A stretch of DNA of 59,407 nt, filler included, from Fonticula-like sp. SCN 57-25 (lineage: Eukaryota): NCBI GenBank assembly GCA_001724245.1. It is 5 parts of 5 records of this genome, joined end to end, with 100 filler letters (N's around TTAATTAATTAA, not from the genome) between each part and the next. Parts side by side here need not be neighbours in the genome. Positions count along the whole stretch, not along the records: positions 44,067 to 59,407 come from MEDX01000214.1; 4 more parts are not named here. One strand, 5' to 3'. The position numbers and the translations under genes are program-made. Positions 45,683 through 58,412 of the stretch are shown here, one piece after another (position 1 is the first letter of the stretch; each line of letters opens with the position of its first letter). The notes below the pieces were generated by a model that searched no databases, had not been told where the DNA came from, and saw only the letters and a list, made by a program, of their open reading frames with translations.

Positions 45683-46919
45683 TTATTCAGCACTCCAGGC
45701 GACGAGAACCTTCCTTTGCTTTCCGGAAAAGTCACCGTAAGGCAAGCGGCCATGGGACACCGCCTTGTTGTCAATGTAGACAACATCGCCAATCTGCCAA
45801 GGGTTGTTGATCGTGTGCTTCCAAATGACGTCCCTGACAATGCGCATGTCGCTGTCACTGATGATTGACTCGTCACCAAAGACAGTGTTCATAGGGAAAT
45901 CCTTCTCCTTGCGAACGAGGCGCGAGACCATCAAGAGAACGAACGCAACCATAGCCCACAAGTAGAACGTCCAGCGCTTAGTGTAGCTAGCAAGTGTCAT
46001 GTACTCCTGGTAGGCCGTAGAGGGATGGAACACCTGCGCATGATTCGACCAAATCTCTTGCTTGGTAAGCGGGTGCACGCGCATGGCGGGGACCGCGTTG
46101 GAAATGCGAATTCCATCGTTCGCCTTCCACTCCAAGGTGAAGTCATCGTCAGCGCAGCTGGCCTCAACGACCGCCTTGTCAGTCGTCTGGAAAATTTCCG
46201 GCCACGGCTTCAGCTCAGTGGGGTCCAAGCGAAGGGCGCCAGGCGCTAAAGCGGTGTATTGGTTAGTTTTGGAAGTACCAAGCAACAGTGTCTGGCGGCG
46301 CACGGGAGTAGTTGCGGTAGTATTTCACGCCAACCTTGCGGAACTTGGCTCGGAGATCCTCGGGCAGATCCTGCCACACAAGGCCAAAGTGGCAGAGCGA
46401 GGTGGCTCCGCCCCACTGCGTGTCTTGGCCGCACCAAAACAGAAGCCGGCTAGGCTGGTTAGGAACAAAGCTCAATTCCAAGTGCTGTGGGATCGGGAAA
46501 AAGCTGGGCAACTCAGAAGCAGTGAAGACGTAGGTAGTGATCATGTTGCGCGGAGAAGTGCCGTGGTACACGTTGTTCAGCTTGGGGCACAGAGTAAGGG
46601 CCGCGTCCTCAAAGTCCTGCGGACTCGAAACGTCGAATCCACGGAAGCAAAGGACACCGCGCGCAAGGAGCACCTTTTCAATGGTGTCCGCATGACGGCG
46701 GCAAAAGTCCTCAAGGAATGCCTTGGAACGCTTCTCGGGAGGCGAGTTTGGCAAGGGGCGCACAATCAGAGGAAGGAAACTGTTTGGGTACTCTGGCAGA
46801 GTCCCGACGTCAACTTCCTTGCGCAATTTGGCGTAAGCAGACTCGGGAACGTCCTTGAAGTCAAACTTTACAGCGGCCTCGCCACCGGCAGGCGCGGGCG
46901 GTGATGCGACAGGAGCCAT
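45683..46919 (-). CDS. TauD/clavaminate-synthase-like Fe(II)/2OG dioxygenase, one intron (about 46246-46303)
   Basis: GVLCFRGF, IPQHLE (HxE), GGATSL, WQIGDVVYIDN..VSHGRLPY. Confidence 0.85.
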
Positions 46920-47218
46920 GCTTGCGGAAGTGAGCGTGGTGGGTTAGTGCGGGGCTGGTATCCGACGGCAGCGATTTTTTCACAGCACCAATGATCTGAT
47001 TGGTCGATCCCACATGCCGATGAGCACCAAGTGGCACAGATAGTGCATTGCAAGTGCATTGCCAGTGCATGGCAGGTGCGTAGCCCGCGACTGCCCGGTA
47101 TATTGGCTGGTGCATTGTGCAACACTCGTGCAACGCTCTGCGAAAGCAAAAGGTCGCAAACGCGCACGACTATGGATAGCAAGATGATAGGTACATTGAT
47201 TACATTTTCAAAAAAGCA

Positions 47219-49289
47219 TTACTTTTCCAGCTTTTGTCCAAGGGGGCGGTCGGGGCCCTTGCGCTGAATATGCTCGATTTCGTCATCAATAAGGCGCTGC
47301 CGCTCTTCTGGCAGTGCGTCCATCACCAAGTAGCGATTGTCGCTTTTCAGCGCCTCGTGAATAGCGGCGTTGTCGATGGCTGTCGCCTTCGTCTCAACGG
47401 ATGCAGCATAGTAAACGTACTTGTTCTCCTTGAGCAATTCTTTGAACGCTGCAATGGCTCGGATACGCTGCATTCGGCAAATCAGCAAAGGGAACAAAAA
47501 AGAATCAATGTAGTATCGCACCTTCTCCTGGATATACTCCTCAAATACGCGAGGCGCATCTGCATCTCTGTTCGCACCAAGCTGAACAAAGCGCGGATCA
47601 TCGCGTACATTGGGCAGAATGTCCTCCCACCGCAGATTAATGTATGGCCCCATGTACTCATCCAACATTCGCGCAAACGCATTCTTGCGCTTCTCAAAGA
47701 GGTCAGAAAGATGGCGGCGGAAAACATTCTCTCTCCCCTCATCGGACAGTCCACAGTCCTTCCAGCGAGCGTCGCGGGACAACTCGTCAATGACATCCGC
47801 CAGCCGAGTCTCGTGCGACTTTACGTATTGAACAAAAAGCGACGTCAAAAGACGCACACCCTCCTCATGAACAAGTGCCGAGCGCTCCGACTCGGCCTCT
47901 CTCATCCGAGAGTGCTGCTGCCGACGTACCGCGTCCTCGCGATCGCGCAGTGACTGTTCTTCCCGCTCGCGACGGCGCCGCTCTTCGCGCTCAGGGTCCA
48001 GCGTCCGCAAATACTCGTAGAACAGATCCTCTCGATGCGATGAGGAGCGAATAACAAGGTAGCGAGGGTCGTTTTCGAAAAGTGACTTGCTCTCGCGCCA
48101 CGATGAATCATACGTAAGCTGAGTGCGTTTCTCCTTCAGCATTGCCAGGAAAACATTCTCCCGCTCCGCAGTGGGCATAGTATCGGCAGATTCTGCAATA
48201 AAGTCAGCAGAGAACAAGCATACTGGTTGAAACGCACCTCTAGCAGCAAGAGTTGCAATATACTCCTTGAACATGGATTCGCGTTCACGAGGACTGCTGA
48301 TTGCCAGATACCGAGAGTCCCGTTCGCACAGGCGGATAAGATCGGTAAAGCGAGATTTAGAGGTGAGCGCATTACCAAGTGATTCCATCATTGTCATAAA
48401 GTCGTTTCGCGGAGCCTTGGCACTCTTGACGATCCTGTCTTTGTCAGCTGCCAAACGCTGCTTGCAGTACTGATCAAAGGCCGTTTTCTTCTCCTTTAGC
48501 GTAGCAAGACCTTGAGAAGTGCATTAGAACACAAAACACAATTTTTTTCGTAGAACATACTGTCAAAGCGGTCCTCGCGGGACATGAGCGGAAATTCCTT
48601 TTCCCACGTGGAGAACGGCGACACATTCAAGTCATGCAGCATAACCTTAAAGAGAGTGTACTTGTCTTTACCGTAGATCCCATCGTACACCTCGTGTCTG
48701 TACAAGTCAGAAAACAATAGTCAAACAGTTTGCACGCGCGTACTGGTCCTCCTCGATGAGCTTTTTATCCTCTTCAATTCGCCTGCGCTTCGCCTCCCTT
48801 TCTTGTTCCTCACGTTCCTGTTCCTGTACCTTTTCCTCCTCCTCCATCTGGTCCAGTAGAGCCACAATGTCTTTAATATCCTCCGGCACAGTCCAGTGCG
48901 AGCGCTTCGTGGGAATATGGAAAAAGTACCTCCGTCCTTTGTTCGTGTGCACCATCTTGTAGTCGGTTCCCTCGATGGGCGTCCTGAGAGTCAATCGGCC
49001 GTGAGCAGCTGTACACCAACAAAAACAGAACGCACTGAGATACTGGTTTTTCCTTCTCCTCGACAGTCTCTGCTACCACAGCAGGTGCAGGAGTAAACAC
49101 AGTTGCCGGAGCCGCTGGTTGAGGGAGGATGGCCGGCACTGCGACACCACCTGGCGGAAGCGTCCAAGATGTCTCACCGGTCTGCATGTTGACGTAGTAC
49201 ATGCGACCGTCAGGAGAAGTAACCTGCGTCCATAGCGGCATGCCAAGCGCTGGCGCCGCAAACGGGGCTCCACCTGGCGGGCGAAACAT
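47219..49289 (-). CDS. WW/FF-repeat protein (TCERG1/CA150-like), spliced
   Basis: Two WW domains (WTQVTSPDGRMYYVN..TGETSW; GRRYFFH..TKRSHWTVP); VSPFSTWEKE; several FF repeats with DPRY/DARW. Confidence 0.8.
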
Positions 49290-49660
49290 TACGCGCCTGA
49301 TCCACACTTGACGAACAGTCGAACGAGTCGAACAGTGCCGGAACAGTGAACGGCCAAACGCTGACTGTACATGTCGATGAGTGGAGTCTGCATCAAGACA
49401 GACGTTCAAGACAGACGTTACTCGAGCCCAGACTAACGACGACTGTCACACATGGTTTTACGGTATCTGTGCATGGACTGCTAACGCTAAAACCTTTTTT
49501 AAAGCTTGGCATGTCACCAACACACCGTCATATCATCAATTACACCTAATGTTCTCTGCAACAAAAGCAGCCATCCACAAAGAGCACAGTAAATCGGAAA
49601 TCTTCTAAGGCTATATTGCAACGTTACACGTGTAAAGTGCCAAGTTACCGCTTAAGATCT

Positions 49661-51097
49661 TCAAGGGAAGCAGTCATAGATGCCGCGGATGAAGTCACCG
49701 CTCTCATGGGCGCCGGTGAAGACGAACTTGGGCATGGAGAGACGGACGACCATGAGGTCCTTGGTCTTCATCGTGTGGACGCTCTGGCCACGGAAGCCAG
49801 ACATGCGGCACGTACCCGCCTCGGGCGAGTTGCCGACCCACCACTGGGCACCGTAGCCGCCGTACGCGTCGGACGGGGTGCACGAATACTCGACCCAGCC
49901 CTCGGGGAGGATGCGGTTGCCGTCGACCCACTCACCATAGCGCATGTTGAGAAGGCCAAAGCGGGCCCAATCGAGAGCAGAGGCGTGCATGTTGGAGCCA
50001 CCAAGGTGGTAGCCGTCGAGGTGAGGCTCGATGACAGCGGTGTTCATGCCAATCTTGGAGAAGAGGGCAGCGCGAGGGAACTCAAAGTCCGTGAGGCCGT
50101 TGTTGGCACGGACCTGGTGGACGGTGCGGGCGAGGATGGTCGAAGTGCCGGTGGAGTACTCAAAGACCGAGTTGATGGGGTCGCGGAGCGAGCGGCCAGC
50201 CGCGTAGCCGGCGCAGTCGCCGTTCTGCATGTAGAGACCCTGCGGGATGTTCAGGCCCTCAAGCCAGTTGAGGCCGCTAGCCATGTTGAGCATGTTTCCG
50301 ACGGTGATGTTGTGGCGCGGGTCCGACTCATCCTCCCACTCGGGAACGGGGATGCGCTCATCGACGGCAAGGCGGCCCTCGCCGGTCATGATGCCGACAA
50401 GGGCAGCATTGACGCTCTTGGTCATCGACCAGCCGAGGAAACGGTTCTGGCGGCCCATGCCAGGCTTGTACTGCTCAAGGACAATCTTGCCCTTGTACAC
50501 AACAATGATGGCACGCGTGTTGGTGCGCTCGTTGGCAAAGTCGGCATCCACAACAGCCTGGAGCGTCTCCATATCGACGCCCTCGGGGGCAGTGGGGTCG
50601 ACCCAGTTGCCGAGCGGCCACTCCTCGGTCTCGTTGAGCGGGGGAAGGGGCGACATATCACCAAGGTACTGGGCGCGCAGCTCCTCCTCGGTGATCACGG
50701 GGAACACGATGGTGCATCCAACACCCTCACGGTAAATCGACTTGAGCTCATTCTCGCCACTGTTGAGCATGCGGGTGGTCACCGACTTCTCGTCATAGTC
50801 AATCTCGATCTCCGAGACGATGCCGGCAATATCAACGTCATACTCAAGAACCTCCTCCTCGCTCATGTTGTCAAGGAAAAGGCCCGAGCACATCATGGAG
50901 GCGGCGAAGCCGGTCGGGACGTACAAAATGTCATAGTAGTCCTCCTCCTTGCCCTCGGCCACCTTGGTCCACTCACGGTAGTCGCGGAGCTCCTTGCGGC
51001 GGTTACGAGACGGGTCGGGGCGAATGATCTTGCGTTCGGCGACAGCGCCGACGGCCAGCACGGCCAAGATCAGCGCGGCCAGAAGAGTCCTGTTCAT
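49661..51097 (-). CDS. Secreted beta-lactamase/AmpC-like serine hydrolase, intronless
   Basis: Signal peptide; WSMTKS (SxxK), LNMASGL, FEYSTG, DWARFG, SGFRGQ. Confidence 0.85.
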   Translation of the reverse strand: MNRTLLAALILAVLAVGAVAERKIIRPDPSRNRRKELRDYREWTKVAEGKEEDYYDILYVPTGFAASMMCSGLFLDNMSEEEVLEYDVDIAGIVSEIEIDYDEKSVTTRMLNSGENELKSIYREGVGCTIVFPVITEEELRAQYLGDMSPLPPLNETEEWPLGNWVDPTAPEGVDMETLQAVVDADFANERTNTRAIIVVYKGKIVLEQYKPGMGRQNRFLGWSMTKSVNAALVGIMTGEGRLAVDERIPVPEWEDESDPRHNITVGNMLNMASGLNWLEGLNIPQGLYMQNGDCAGYAAGRSLRDPINSVFEYSTGTSTILARTVHQVRANNGLTDFEFPRAALFSKIGMNTAVIEPHLDGYHLGGSNMHASALDWARFGLLNMRYGEWVDGNRILPEGWVEYSCTPSDAYGGYGAQWWVGNSPEAGTCRMSGFRGQSVHTMKTKDLMVVRLSMPKFVFTGAHESGDFIRGIYDCFP

Positions 51098-51378
51098 GGC
51101 TTACCCCGCTTGCTGGGTTCCAAGAGAAGAGACTGTGTACCGAAACAAAACTCCACGGGACCCCATGACCAAATTTGTGGCGCTATCAATCCACGTGGCC
51201 AGATCACCGGGTTTGTTGCAGGGCAGGGTATGGTTCCCGCCAAATCGTGCAACCATGGCTAAACCCTGGTATTCAATGCAAACACGAAATCTATTGGTAC
51301 AGGAACACTATGCAACACGTACAGGCAACTACACAGCGTAGTGTACACCGGCAAGAGAGCTTGGGAAGCTTTGACGCC

Positions 51379-52224
51379 TCATTCGAGGACGTTCTTTAAT
51401 GCTTCTTCATCGGCCTCCTGCTGCGTTGCAGGCTTATTTGCATTCTTTCTTCGCTCGAGGTAGGCGCGAAAGTGCTTATCTGTTCCAAACAGCCAGTCAA
51501 GGGTGCGCGTGGTGCCAAAGTTACTGTTGAAAGCCATATGATGATAGTCGTGAAAATCGGGCGCCAGAAAGCCGCGCAGGAAAGGAAGCTGATAGCCACT
51601 ATGGTGAGCCGTAGTGATAAACATGCCAAAGGCTGTCCAAATCATATTAGTCAGCGCATGAGTGTGCAATAGAGATGGGCCAAGCACGCCCGGTAGAATG
51701 TCGGCGACAACGAATTCGACCGGGTGCGCGTATTCCGAAGCGAGTGACGTCGGCGCGCGGAATTCGTGGTGCATTTTGTGAACAGTCTTGTAAACGCGAG
51801 GATGGTGCAACGCGCGGTGTGAAAAGTAAAATCCTATTTCTTGCAGCGCGAGACAGACGCACAGCTGCCATATCATTTGCCGTGCAGTCGGCACGGGGCG
51901 CCTGAGCTGCTTCAGGGCGTACGACTCACCGAGGCGCCGGGACGCGAGGTACAGTGGCAGCACAGCAAATAAAAGCTGGTTAAGAGCAACCCGCTTGATG
52001 CACTTGACAGCGTCAGAGAGTGAGAGACAGTCGGACGGCTGGATCTTGTAGCGATACAGCCAGGCAGGCTTCTTGGATTTGTCCACGGCGAGGATCAGCA
52101 AGCCAACGCCCCAATACACCAACGCATGCGCAGCAAAAGCACTCCAAAACACAAGAAACTTTGGCGAAGTTTTCCGTTCAAGAAGTTTCCATATGAGGAC
52201 AATGGCGCGATCTGCTGCCTGCAT
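51379..52224 (-). CDS. Sterol desaturase/fatty-acid hydroxylase family protein (FAXDC2/ERG25-like)
   Basis: His boxes HRALH, HKMHH, HHSGY, FHDYHH; YAHPVE. Confidence 0.88.
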   Translation of the reverse strand: MQAADRAIVLIWKLLERKTSPKFLVFWSAFAAHALVYWGVGLLILAVDKSKKPAWLYRYKIQPSDCLSLSDAVKCIKRVALNQLLFAVLPLYLASRRLGESYALKQLRRPVPTARQMIWQLCVCLALQEIGFYFSHRALHHPRVYKTVHKMHHEFRAPTSLASEYAHPVEFVVADILPGVLGPSLLHTHALTNMIWTAFGMFITTAHHSGYQLPFLRGFLAPDFHDYHHMAFNSNFGTTRTLDWLFGTDKHFRAYLERRKNANKPATQQEADEEALKNVLE

Positions 52225-52872
52225 GATGCCCAGGGCCGGTCGGCTCGGGGTCGGCTGACACGGCTGATAGCTGATTTGACGAACTGTGATTGGTCACAAT
52301 CCACAGCGACCTCAAGGAGACGACGAAGTCCAAATGAGACTGCTTCGGAGGCTAAAAGATGTCACATACAGCTTGCAGAATGAACTGTGAGTGAAGCCCA
52401 TAAACAGACGTGATATGGAAGACGGCATGCACGTCTTTCTTTTACTCTTTGTGGGCCACTTTTGCGCGAGTTCGGTGAATGTTCGAGCCTACTACGCTCG
52501 CCGCTGCCGAGTTTGGTCGTCAAGGGTAGGAAGAGCATGTTAAAGTATTGAACATCGTCCCGGGGAAACTCGAATCGATAAATATGCATTCCCTTTCATT
52601 TTACGGGAAGTAGTCCCAATCGGTGAAACCGTCGGACGGGGAAATGAGGCAAAAGGTCGAGGCAAGTGAGTGTTGCTCAAAAGCAAATAGAAAGTATCTC
52701 ATAAATATTAATTTTATACATACACAGAATACATAGAACCTACGCTAAATAACAATAAACGCGGCCATCAACGATTGAGTACGGGCAGGGGGTCGCGCCG
52801 GTTGGAGCGTCTCATCAAGCGTGGCAAATAGAATCACAATTTCTCACACATGTCGATAGCATCAAAAAAGTG

Positions 52873-53124
52873 TCAGGCCATGTCTGGCCTCAATGGCTCA
52901 GCTGCCTGCGCCGCGCGATTTGCGTGTTCCACCCATTCTGTCTAAAACGCGAGGGTAAGAGCCGATCCCAGGAAACTGACGCTGCGCACCCACACAGTGG
53001 ACACAGAAAGCACAGTTTTCTGGTACTCTAAAAGCAGGAGCATATTTCGCTTGTACCGCTCGGTCTCGCTCTCCAGCAGGCGCAGGTTCTCCTCAAGTTG
53101 AAGCTGCAACGCCTGACTGCTCAT
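52873..53124 (-). CDS. Small coiled-coil protein, weakly like DASH subunit Dad1, one intron
   Basis: MSSQALQLQLEENLRLLESETERYKRNM...SVSTVW|TEWVEH after a GTGCGC..TAG intron. Confidence 0.3.
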
Positions 53125-53318
53125 TGTGGTTGTCAAGTGAGAGGTTCGATTCTGGTTCGATTTGCGCGCGCAATCAGTGCCAAACGAATGTCATCCTGAT
53201 CAGATCCTGATTTATCCTGATTACTGGATCGGTCGACGGGCGTTGCTTTTTTTGTCCACACAACCGACCAACGCTTCGACGCAGGAGTGAGCAAGCGAAG
53301 CAGGGCTGTATACCGAAA

Positions 53319-54851
53319 ATGGGCCGCAAGAAGATTGTAATCGAGAGAATTGTGGCTGATCGGAACCGGCAGGTATGCTTCTCGTTAAAGTTGTCTGTGG
53401 GTTTACTTTATGGCTGCTGTAAAAGGAGATCTCTTTCTTCTTGTCAACCGCCCCTTGTTTCTTTCGATTGACATGCTTTTTCTCGGTAGGTTACGTTTTC
53501 CAAGCGGAAATGGGGGTTGATGAAGAAGGCATATGAGTTGAGCACACTTTGCCACTGCGAAATTGGCCTCATCATTTTTTCTCACAACGACAAGCTCTTC
53601 CAATATGCTTCGACGGACATGGACAAGATCCTTCTTAAATACACCGAGTACAGCGAGCCCCACGAGAGCAAGAACAATGAGGAGATTAAGCGTCGCGTTG
53701 AGCGTCCCGCCGCTCGGCGCGGTTCCGGGCGCCGTGTGGATGACCCTCGTGACCGCTTCGGCATCGACAAAGCCGGGAGCGATGAGGAGGACGACGGTGA
53801 GAGTGGCGCGGACGATGATGGTGGCGACTCTGCCGGCGAAGAGGCCGGCTCCCATAGCAACGATAGTCGCAGCATGTCGCCCACTTCCAGTGCCTCTACG
53901 AGCGCGCAAGCGGGCGCCGACCATGGCGGCAACGCCCCGGCCGGAGAGAGCAAGGTGCCGGTTGAGGGCCTAACGCGGCGCCCAATCCCGAAGCGTCCTC
54001 GCCCGCAGGCGCCGTCGCGCAATGCGCCGACTAGCGTGGTTGGAAATAGCGCACTTGTTTCCCGCACATCGGCGAAAGGCCAAGGGGCAAGCGCCGGAAT
54101 GGATGGAATGGTCTATGGGGCGCAGCGCCTGGACCTGCCGCTGCCTCCGCGGCCGGGGCAGCCGGCAATCCCTATGTCCCACCACCACCAGCAGCAGCAC
54201 TCGCCGGGCGGACCCGGCAGTTTGCCACCCATGACTGTTTCGCCGCCGCCTATATCTTCGTCCACTTCTGTAATTGGAGGGCCGCACGCAGTGCTCGCGC
54301 AGCACCGCGGAATGGGCACGTTTAGCGGTGGGTTGTCTTCGCCATTCATGCACATGCAATCTCCGCCTGGTGCGCCTGGAGGGCGAGCACCAGGGTTTTA
54401 CGGTGAGGATTCGTCGCCCCTGCATGCTGCTCCGTACTATGGCACGGGCCAAGGCGGGCCTGGGATGCACCCGCCTCCCAACGCCTACCGGTATGCGTCG
54501 CCTTCGCAGATGTACATGATGTCGCCCCTGTCCCACCAGATGTCGCAGGTGCAGCACGACCCGAGGTCTCATTTCTTGCCTCCCCACCTGGCGCCCCCTA
54601 CGCAGCAGCATGCGCATCTGCCGCAGCCGCCGCAGCCGCCTATCGCGCCGCAGATGCATCAACAGAATACGCAGCACCATCAGCAGCAGCCGATGCCTTT
54701 ACATCAGCTGACTCACCAGCAGCAGCAGCTCGAACAAGATGCCAAGATCCATCAGGCGCAAGGGTCCCAGCAACAGCCACATCAGCCGCAGCCGCAGCCG
54801 CAGCCGCTACCGGCGGCTCAACCGCTTCTCAAAGCAAAGCAGGAAAAATAG
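53319..54851 (+). CDS. MEF2: MEF2-type MADS-box transcription factor, one intron
   Basis: [73 protein letters not shown]-rich tail. Confidence 0.93.
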
Positions 54852-55263
54852 TACGTCGGCCGCTCAAAAGGTAGCCCGGCAGGCGCCACGAGTGCTCCTA
54901 TGATATTTTTTTTAAAAATGTTTGCCATTTTTTGATGCTGTTGTTTTGCATTGGTACGCGTGTCCTTGCCAAGAGACTCTATATTCATTTTATTCTTTGN
55001 TTTTATTCTTTGCGGGCCTGTTATGGCTTCGAACTGATATTTCTCATTCCTGTATGATAATTTGTATATCACAGTACCATATCATATTTTTCCTTTTTTA
55101 ATGTAGTACTCGAACATGATGGCAGTATTCATACCGGTATCAAATCCGCACCGGACGGTCATGCTGGGGTATTGCTATACGCATCCGATACGCAGTTTCG
55201 AAACGCGCAAAAAAGTCGGCCCCAGAATCTGCCAATCTTGTCCTTGACACCTCATCACACAGG

Positions 55264-56217
55264 ATGCTGCAGACATGGGTCAGGTTGCAGCGGGGAGTGC
55301 AGCCCTTTAGGTCTGTCGCTTTTTCCGCACGGACATTGGCTTTCCAGATACGACCCGCTGCTAGAGGGCAAGAGTACAGGTATTTTGAGAAGGGCAAAGG
55401 GGCTTTGCCGTGGTACAAGCAAACCCGTTCCAAGGTGGCGATTGGCATCCTGACGCTAGGCGGCGGCTACTATGTCTCACACCTGGAGACGGTGCCTGTC
55501 TCAGGGCGTGTGCGCTTTATGGCCATGTCGGAGGAGGCTGAGCTCAAAATTGGTGAAGATCACTATCGGGAACTGATGGCCCAGTATAGAGGAAAAATGC
55601 TTCCGCAATATCATCGCGACGTTCAGCGGGTGCGGAACGTGGGGCTACGACTTGTTCATAGCGCCAAGTTGGATGTGTTGCCATGGGAATTTCACGTGGT
55701 ACAGGACCCTTCGCCGAACGCATTTGTTATACCTGGAGGCAAGGTTTTTGTGCACACGGGCATGCTTCAAATTATGCAAGATGATGACGGAATTGCCGCC
55801 GTTCTGGGTCATGAAATCGCGCATCAGCTGGCTCGTCACGTCGCCGAGGGACTGTCCTACGGAGTGCTTTTCTCGCTCATTCGACTTGCCACTATGATGG
55901 TGTTGGACCTTGGTAGTCTGAATGACTTGTTTTTCAAAATGATCCTCTCGCTCCCGCACAGTCGTCGGCACGAGAACGAGGCCGATTACATAGGGCTGCT
56001 GCTCATGGCGGAGGCATGCTTTGATCCCCGCGCGGCCGAAAAGGTGTGGCAGCGCATGGCAGCTGCTGGACAGAGCGGGGGAATTGAGTTCCTTTCCACC
56101 CACCCATCAACCAAGAATCGCATCACAAATATGCAGGCATGGATCCCTGAGGCCCAAAAGCGGCGCGAGCAGAACTGCGACGTGCACCTGGAGGCATTCC
56201 AGCGCTGGATTCAATGA
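55264..56217 (+). CDS. OMA1: Mitochondrial M48 metallopeptidase
   Basis: HLETVPVSGRVRF, NAFVIPGGKVFV, HEIAH (HExxH), EADYIG, EFLSTHPS. Confidence 0.9.
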   Translation: MLQTWVRLQRGVQPFRSVAFSARTLAFQIRPAARGQEYRYFEKGKGALPWYKQTRSKVAIGILTLGGGYYVSHLETVPVSGRVRFMAMSEEAELKIGEDHYRELMAQYRGKMLPQYHRDVQRVRNVGLRLVHSAKLDVLPWEFHVVQDPSPNAFVIPGGKVFVHTGMLQIMQDDDGIAAVLGHEIAHQLARHVAEGLSYGVLFSLIRLATMMVLDLGSLNDLFFKMILSLPHSRRHENEADYIGLLLMAEACFDPRAAEKVWQRMAAAGQSGGIEFLSTHPSTKNRITNMQAWIPEAQKRREQNCDVHLEAFQRWIQ

Positions 56218-56388
56218 ATTGGTTCATTTTTGTGATATTGACAGCTATTATTCTATTTAACTCGAGTGATTCTGGGATATTGGACGATCGAAATATAGTA
56301 TTCATCCTCTCTGACGTTTGGGCGAGCAATATCTAAACTGTTTCAAATCTATTCAACCTAGACCTAGACGTCGCCAACGCAGTCAAAC

Positions 56389-57836
56389 TCAAGGGAAAGA
56401 CACGGGCGACTCGATGGCGGCGCGCGCAAAGTAGAGAAGGCCTGCAGTAACCTCTTCGCCAGATGGGATAATTTCGTCCGGCGGCAGCTGGAAGCCAGGG
56501 ACGACGGTAGTGGGGCGCAGCTCAATGGTGAAACCGTACGGACGGCGGCCCATCTGCGCGCTGGCAACGTCGCCGTGGAACCAATCAGAGGCGACGCCCG
56601 ACGACTCGTACAGTCCAGTGTACCAGTTGTCCGAGGTGAACTTCTTACCATGCACGGAAAGGATGGCTTCGCGGATGCCGTCGCCAACGGCAGCAAGCTG
56701 CTCTTCATGCGGCGGGTCCTCCCGCGTCCAAGCATACGGCCGCAGAATCAGCTGGCCATAGCTGTGGATGTCAACGGCACCTAAAAAAGCTGCGTCAGTA
56801 AAGACAGAACAAGCTGAGCATCGCGGCGAACCGATAATGTTGCTGTTCTCAAGGAAATACTTTGTGAGCGCTTGCACTTCGGGCTCGGAAGCCGCAGAAG
56901 GCCCGCGGTAAGTATCGCTGCTGGGCGTCGCCGAGGAGCCGCCCTCGCCCCAATGCTCTGTTCAAATCGGCGCCGTGAGTATGTGCCAAGGGATCGCATC
57001 GCTTTGACGAACCGTCATAGTTGCGGTTGAGGTCCACACCAAACGAGTTGCCGTTGTCGCGACGGTTCTTGCGCCACAGGCGATCATTAGTCCACGTGTA
57101 CGAAAAGCCGTCGGGGTTCACAAACGGACTGCCGGACGACAGAGGTAAGCGACATATGTATGTACTGAATCCCTCCTACGCACATGATAATAAACTCGAT
57201 CTCATTGAGCAATCCCACCACCTCGTCGTCACCGGCGTCGTAGCGAGTCAGGAGCTCGTTGAAGACAAACTGAAGGGTGGCGGACGTGATCCATTCGCGA
57301 GCGTGGATGTTGGCCTGCAGCCAGATCTGCTTGCGCGACTCGGTCGCGTTGCCGGTAACGCGCACAGCAAACAAGTCGCGGCCTTCATGCGTCACACCAA
57401 TAGAGGGCACAAACGTAACAAGGTCCGAATACTCGGCAGCCTTGTCAGCGTACCAGTCGAACGCCTCCTCCAACGTGTGGTACTCTACGAACCACTCAGA
57501 GTCGTTGCGGGTCGAGGCAAACTGACGCTTCGACAAGAGCTCAGACTCCGCATCAAGCGCGCGCTGAATGTTGCGATAAACACAAGCAAAGCTCGTAGTT
57601 GAAGGCAGCATAGCGCGGAAGGACTCTGCGGCCGCATCCTCAATGAGAATAGTGTACGACGAACCGTCGCCGGTCCAAATGTCAAGATCAAGCTTCTGCA
57701 CAAGTCGCGAAGTAAATGGGTTGCGCTCGACGCGGTAAAGCGAATGTGCGCTACGATCAGGACCAGTCGAACGGGTTCCTGTCGCTACTGCGACGGCAGC
57801 CAGAGCAAGCACAACAAGGAGAACCCCGCGCCCCAT
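56389..57836 (-). CDS. Secreted M14 zinc carboxypeptidase, spliced
   Basis: Signal peptide; IHAREWI, NPDG, RLWRKNR, GVDLNRN, DIHSYGQ, FTIELR. Confidence 0.9.
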
Positions 57837-58412
57837 CCTTGCCGAACAAAACACACGAGCCCGCGAAAACTTGTCCATTCAAAGAGCCAATCACAACACT
57901 TTTGACCTTTGCCATAACGAATCACAACCGACCATGCAATACATACGGTACGCAGTATTGGTATCCATAACATACCAATATCTTAGCATACCTGGTATAA
58001 TATAGTTTGCAGCCGTCGTCTCTCTTGTAAACCGTGCTTTTCTGCGGGCTTATATTTATAAACATGCGGTGGCATAATTTTTTATTTACATTTTAGCATA
58101 CATTAGCACGGTGGGTTTTTGTAAAGAAAACAGAAAACAGTATCACGAATACTGTACCAAAATATGACGCTCAAACATAGAATACAGTATCAGCAATACA
58201 ATTAAGCTGGTCGCGAATGCAACACGAGCGGCCATAATTCATAAAGACCTAAAACAAAAATTGAAGTACTCCGAAAGCAACAAAATAGGTAGCACACAAA
58301 CGGCCATCAAGAGCTAGGCTAAGGAATACGTATATAAATCACTGACGTCTCTTATCCTTCTTCTGGTCTGGCGGCGACCCCATAGACGGAGATAAAGGAG
58401 GGAGCGGTGATT

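Noticed and set aside
46246-46303. Frameshift or pseudogene in the TauD-like gene
   Set aside because: Explained by a GTGCGC...ACTAAC...TAG intron that restores the frame
49616-51262. 548-aa plus-strand ORF and similar long antisense ORFs (for example 2760-3614, 26547-27497, 35744-36634)
   Set aside because: Shadows of GC3-rich genes on the opposite strand, with no motifs of their own
53191-53222. Three ATCCTGAT copies upstream of the MADS gene
   Set aside because: May be a cis element, but too short to support a call
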